The notes beneath the pieces were generated by a model, which had not been told where the DNA came from, made no database searches, and saw only the letters and a program-made list of their open reading frames with translations. Below are positions 41,223 through 42,086 of a stretch of 42,086 nt of DNA, one piece after another. The stretch's first letter is position 1; each line of letters starts with the position of its first letter. The position numbers and the translations under genes were made by a program. This DNA comes from a virus. The stretch lies in IMG/VR virus record IMGVR_UViG_3300027832_000001; one strand, given 5' to 3'.

Positions 41223-41356
41223 GCTTCATCGACGAGCCTCGGTTCCAAAATCGAGATCACATCGACACCCGCCGAAGCGATGCCGCCGCACCCCGGCGTT
41301 ACCCCGACGCCGCCCGCCGCAATCGCGATCACACCGACACAAGGAGAATGAAATGA
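41219..41356 (+). CDS. Possible small charged ORF (45 aa) spanning two 20-bp direct repeats
   Basis: Hand translation gives MSFIDEPRFQNRDHIDTRRSDAAAPRRYPDAARRNRDHTDTRRMK. ATGA overlap upstream. Could instead be non-coding. Confidence 0.3.
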   Translation: MSFIDEPRFQNRDHIDTRRSDAAAPRRYPDAARRNRDHTDTRRMK

Positions 41357-41574
41357 GCATGACCGCACCCGCCCGAGGCTGGGTCAACAAGCCTCGCTTA
41401 CACCCCGACGACGATGAGTACAGCGTCTACGGCTGGGGCCACATCGACTTCCCTGACGATTACAGCCTCGCCCTGTGCGGCATCGTTCTCAACGTCGATG
41501 ACCTTGCCGAGCACGACGGCGCTGAGCCGTGCGAGCTGTGCTCCCCCGACCGGTACGAGCGGTGGTCCCGATGA
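41353..41574 (+). CDS. Hypothetical protein (73 aa)
   Basis: ATG 41353, 5 nt after AAGGAGA, inside ORF 41137..41574. Confidence 0.55.
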   Translation: MSMTAPARGWVNKPRLHPDDDEYSVYGWGHIDFPDDYSLALCGIVLNVDDLAEHDGAEPCELCSPDRYERWSR

Positions 41575-41825
41575 GCTACGACATCGACATGGCTGACGGC
41601 GAGTGGCCGACAGCGAGCATCGACTACACGCTCGACATCCCGCCGATCGAAGGAACCGTCGCCGCCCACCCGGCACGATGCGATTGCAGCCCCTGCTCCG
41701 ACCGGGCCGAGTTCGCCGACTGGACACGCAAGATGGATGCACTCCGCCCGACCGGCGACTACGGTTCGGTTGCCGACTGGCAGCGAGAGACAGCCCGAGA
41801 CGACATCGCAAACGGGTTCGGCTGA
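41571..41825 (+). CDS. Hypothetical protein (84 aa)
   Basis: ATG 41571 (ATGA overlap) inside ORF 41529..41825. Confidence 0.55.
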   Translation: MSYDIDMADGEWPTASIDYTLDIPPIEGTVAAHPARCDCSPCSDRAEFADWTRKMDALRPTGDYGSVADWQRETARDDIANGFG

Positions 41826-42037
41826 TGAGCGGCACGGACGCCCGCCGCCAATGCCCTTGTGGTCGTTGCCAGACGACAACCGGCCGTCGAGCGGACATTG
41901 TTGCAGGTGCCGCAGCCGTCGCCCTCGGCTTCGTACTGTTCGCCGTCGCTGACGGTGGCTGGGTCGCCCTCACCGGCTGGGTCTGCATGATCGCCGCTGG
42001 TGGCTTCGGTGTCCGCTACGTGGGAGACGGATCGTGA
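41825..42037 (+). CDS. Small membrane protein (70 aa) spanning the assembly junction
   Basis: ATG 41825 overlaps the upstream TGA, inside ORF 41603..42037. CPCGRC followed by two hydrophobic segments. The 3' end is duplicated at 1-78. Confidence 0.5.
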   Translation: MSGTDARRQCPCGRCQTTTGRRADIVAGAAAVALGFVLFAVADGGWVALTGWVCMIAAGGFGVRYVGDGS

Positions 42038-42086
42038 ACCGTGAAGTCGTGACCATCGACCAGATGGTCAACGGCGACCTGATCGC
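41960..42086. repeat. Second copy of the 127-bp terminal redundancy
   Basis: Identical to 1-127 by direct comparison. Confidence 0.95.

Noticed and set aside
1-42086. Looked for an integrase, immunity repressor, attP, tRNA genes, CRISPR arrays, a DNA polymerase, primase/helicase and DNA methyltransferase motif sets
   Set aside because: None was recognisable by eye in any ORF-track protein or intergenic region. Absence claims rest on motif reading only and should be confirmed with HMM searches and tRNAscan-type tools.

Overview
This window is a complete, circularly closed phage genome. The unique length is 41,959 bp, and bases 1-127 recur at 41960-42086. It is a high-G+C tailed phage of the kind that infects Actinobacteria. 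A tail assembly chaperone frameshift and a 910-aa tape measure indicate a siphovirus-type tail.

Almost all genes are on the + strand, tightly packed and translationally coupled through ATGA/GTGA overlaps. In order they are:
- about 20 small early genes (40684, across the junction, to 5229), many of them Zn-ribbon-like
- terS, an RHH gene and terL (5347-7408)
- three small membrane proteins, the portal and a MuF-like protein
- an inserted promoter + 2 genes + terminator moron (10788-11672)
- prohead protease, a delta-domain major capsid protein and further virion proteins
- TAC G/GT and a tape measure with a perfect 132-bp tandem duplication
- minor tail and fibre genes, one carrying a low-GC BNR/sialidase-like module
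- a lysis cassette: r1t-type holin, three-domain amidase endolysin and a membrane-anchored SLT transglycosylase

A short leftward block (30678-32985) encodes a Gam-like protein, Erf, SSB and an HNH-like protein. The right arm (33142-40634) holds a DUF932-like gene, an initiator-like wHTH gene containing four iterons, and an HNH endonuclease. It ends with a ParB-like / TET-JBP-like 2OG-Fe(II) dioxygenase / GT-A-like glycosyltransferase cassette, which I predict hypermodifies phage DNA.

I saw no integrase, repressor, DNA polymerase, methyltransferase, tRNA or CRISPR array.

The strongest non-coding signal is an ~80-bp cassette present four times, plus one leftward copy and several degenerate copies. 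It has a -35 TTGACG, a perfect 17-bp palindrome CGACCCGA-C-TCGGGTCG in the spacer, a -10 TAGAGT and an ATG 6-7 nt later, which implies a leaderless mRNA. Three of the four units (copies 1-3) end at a hairpin after one or two genes; copy 4 heads the long early-gene run.

All domain calls come from motif reading by eye. No searches were run.
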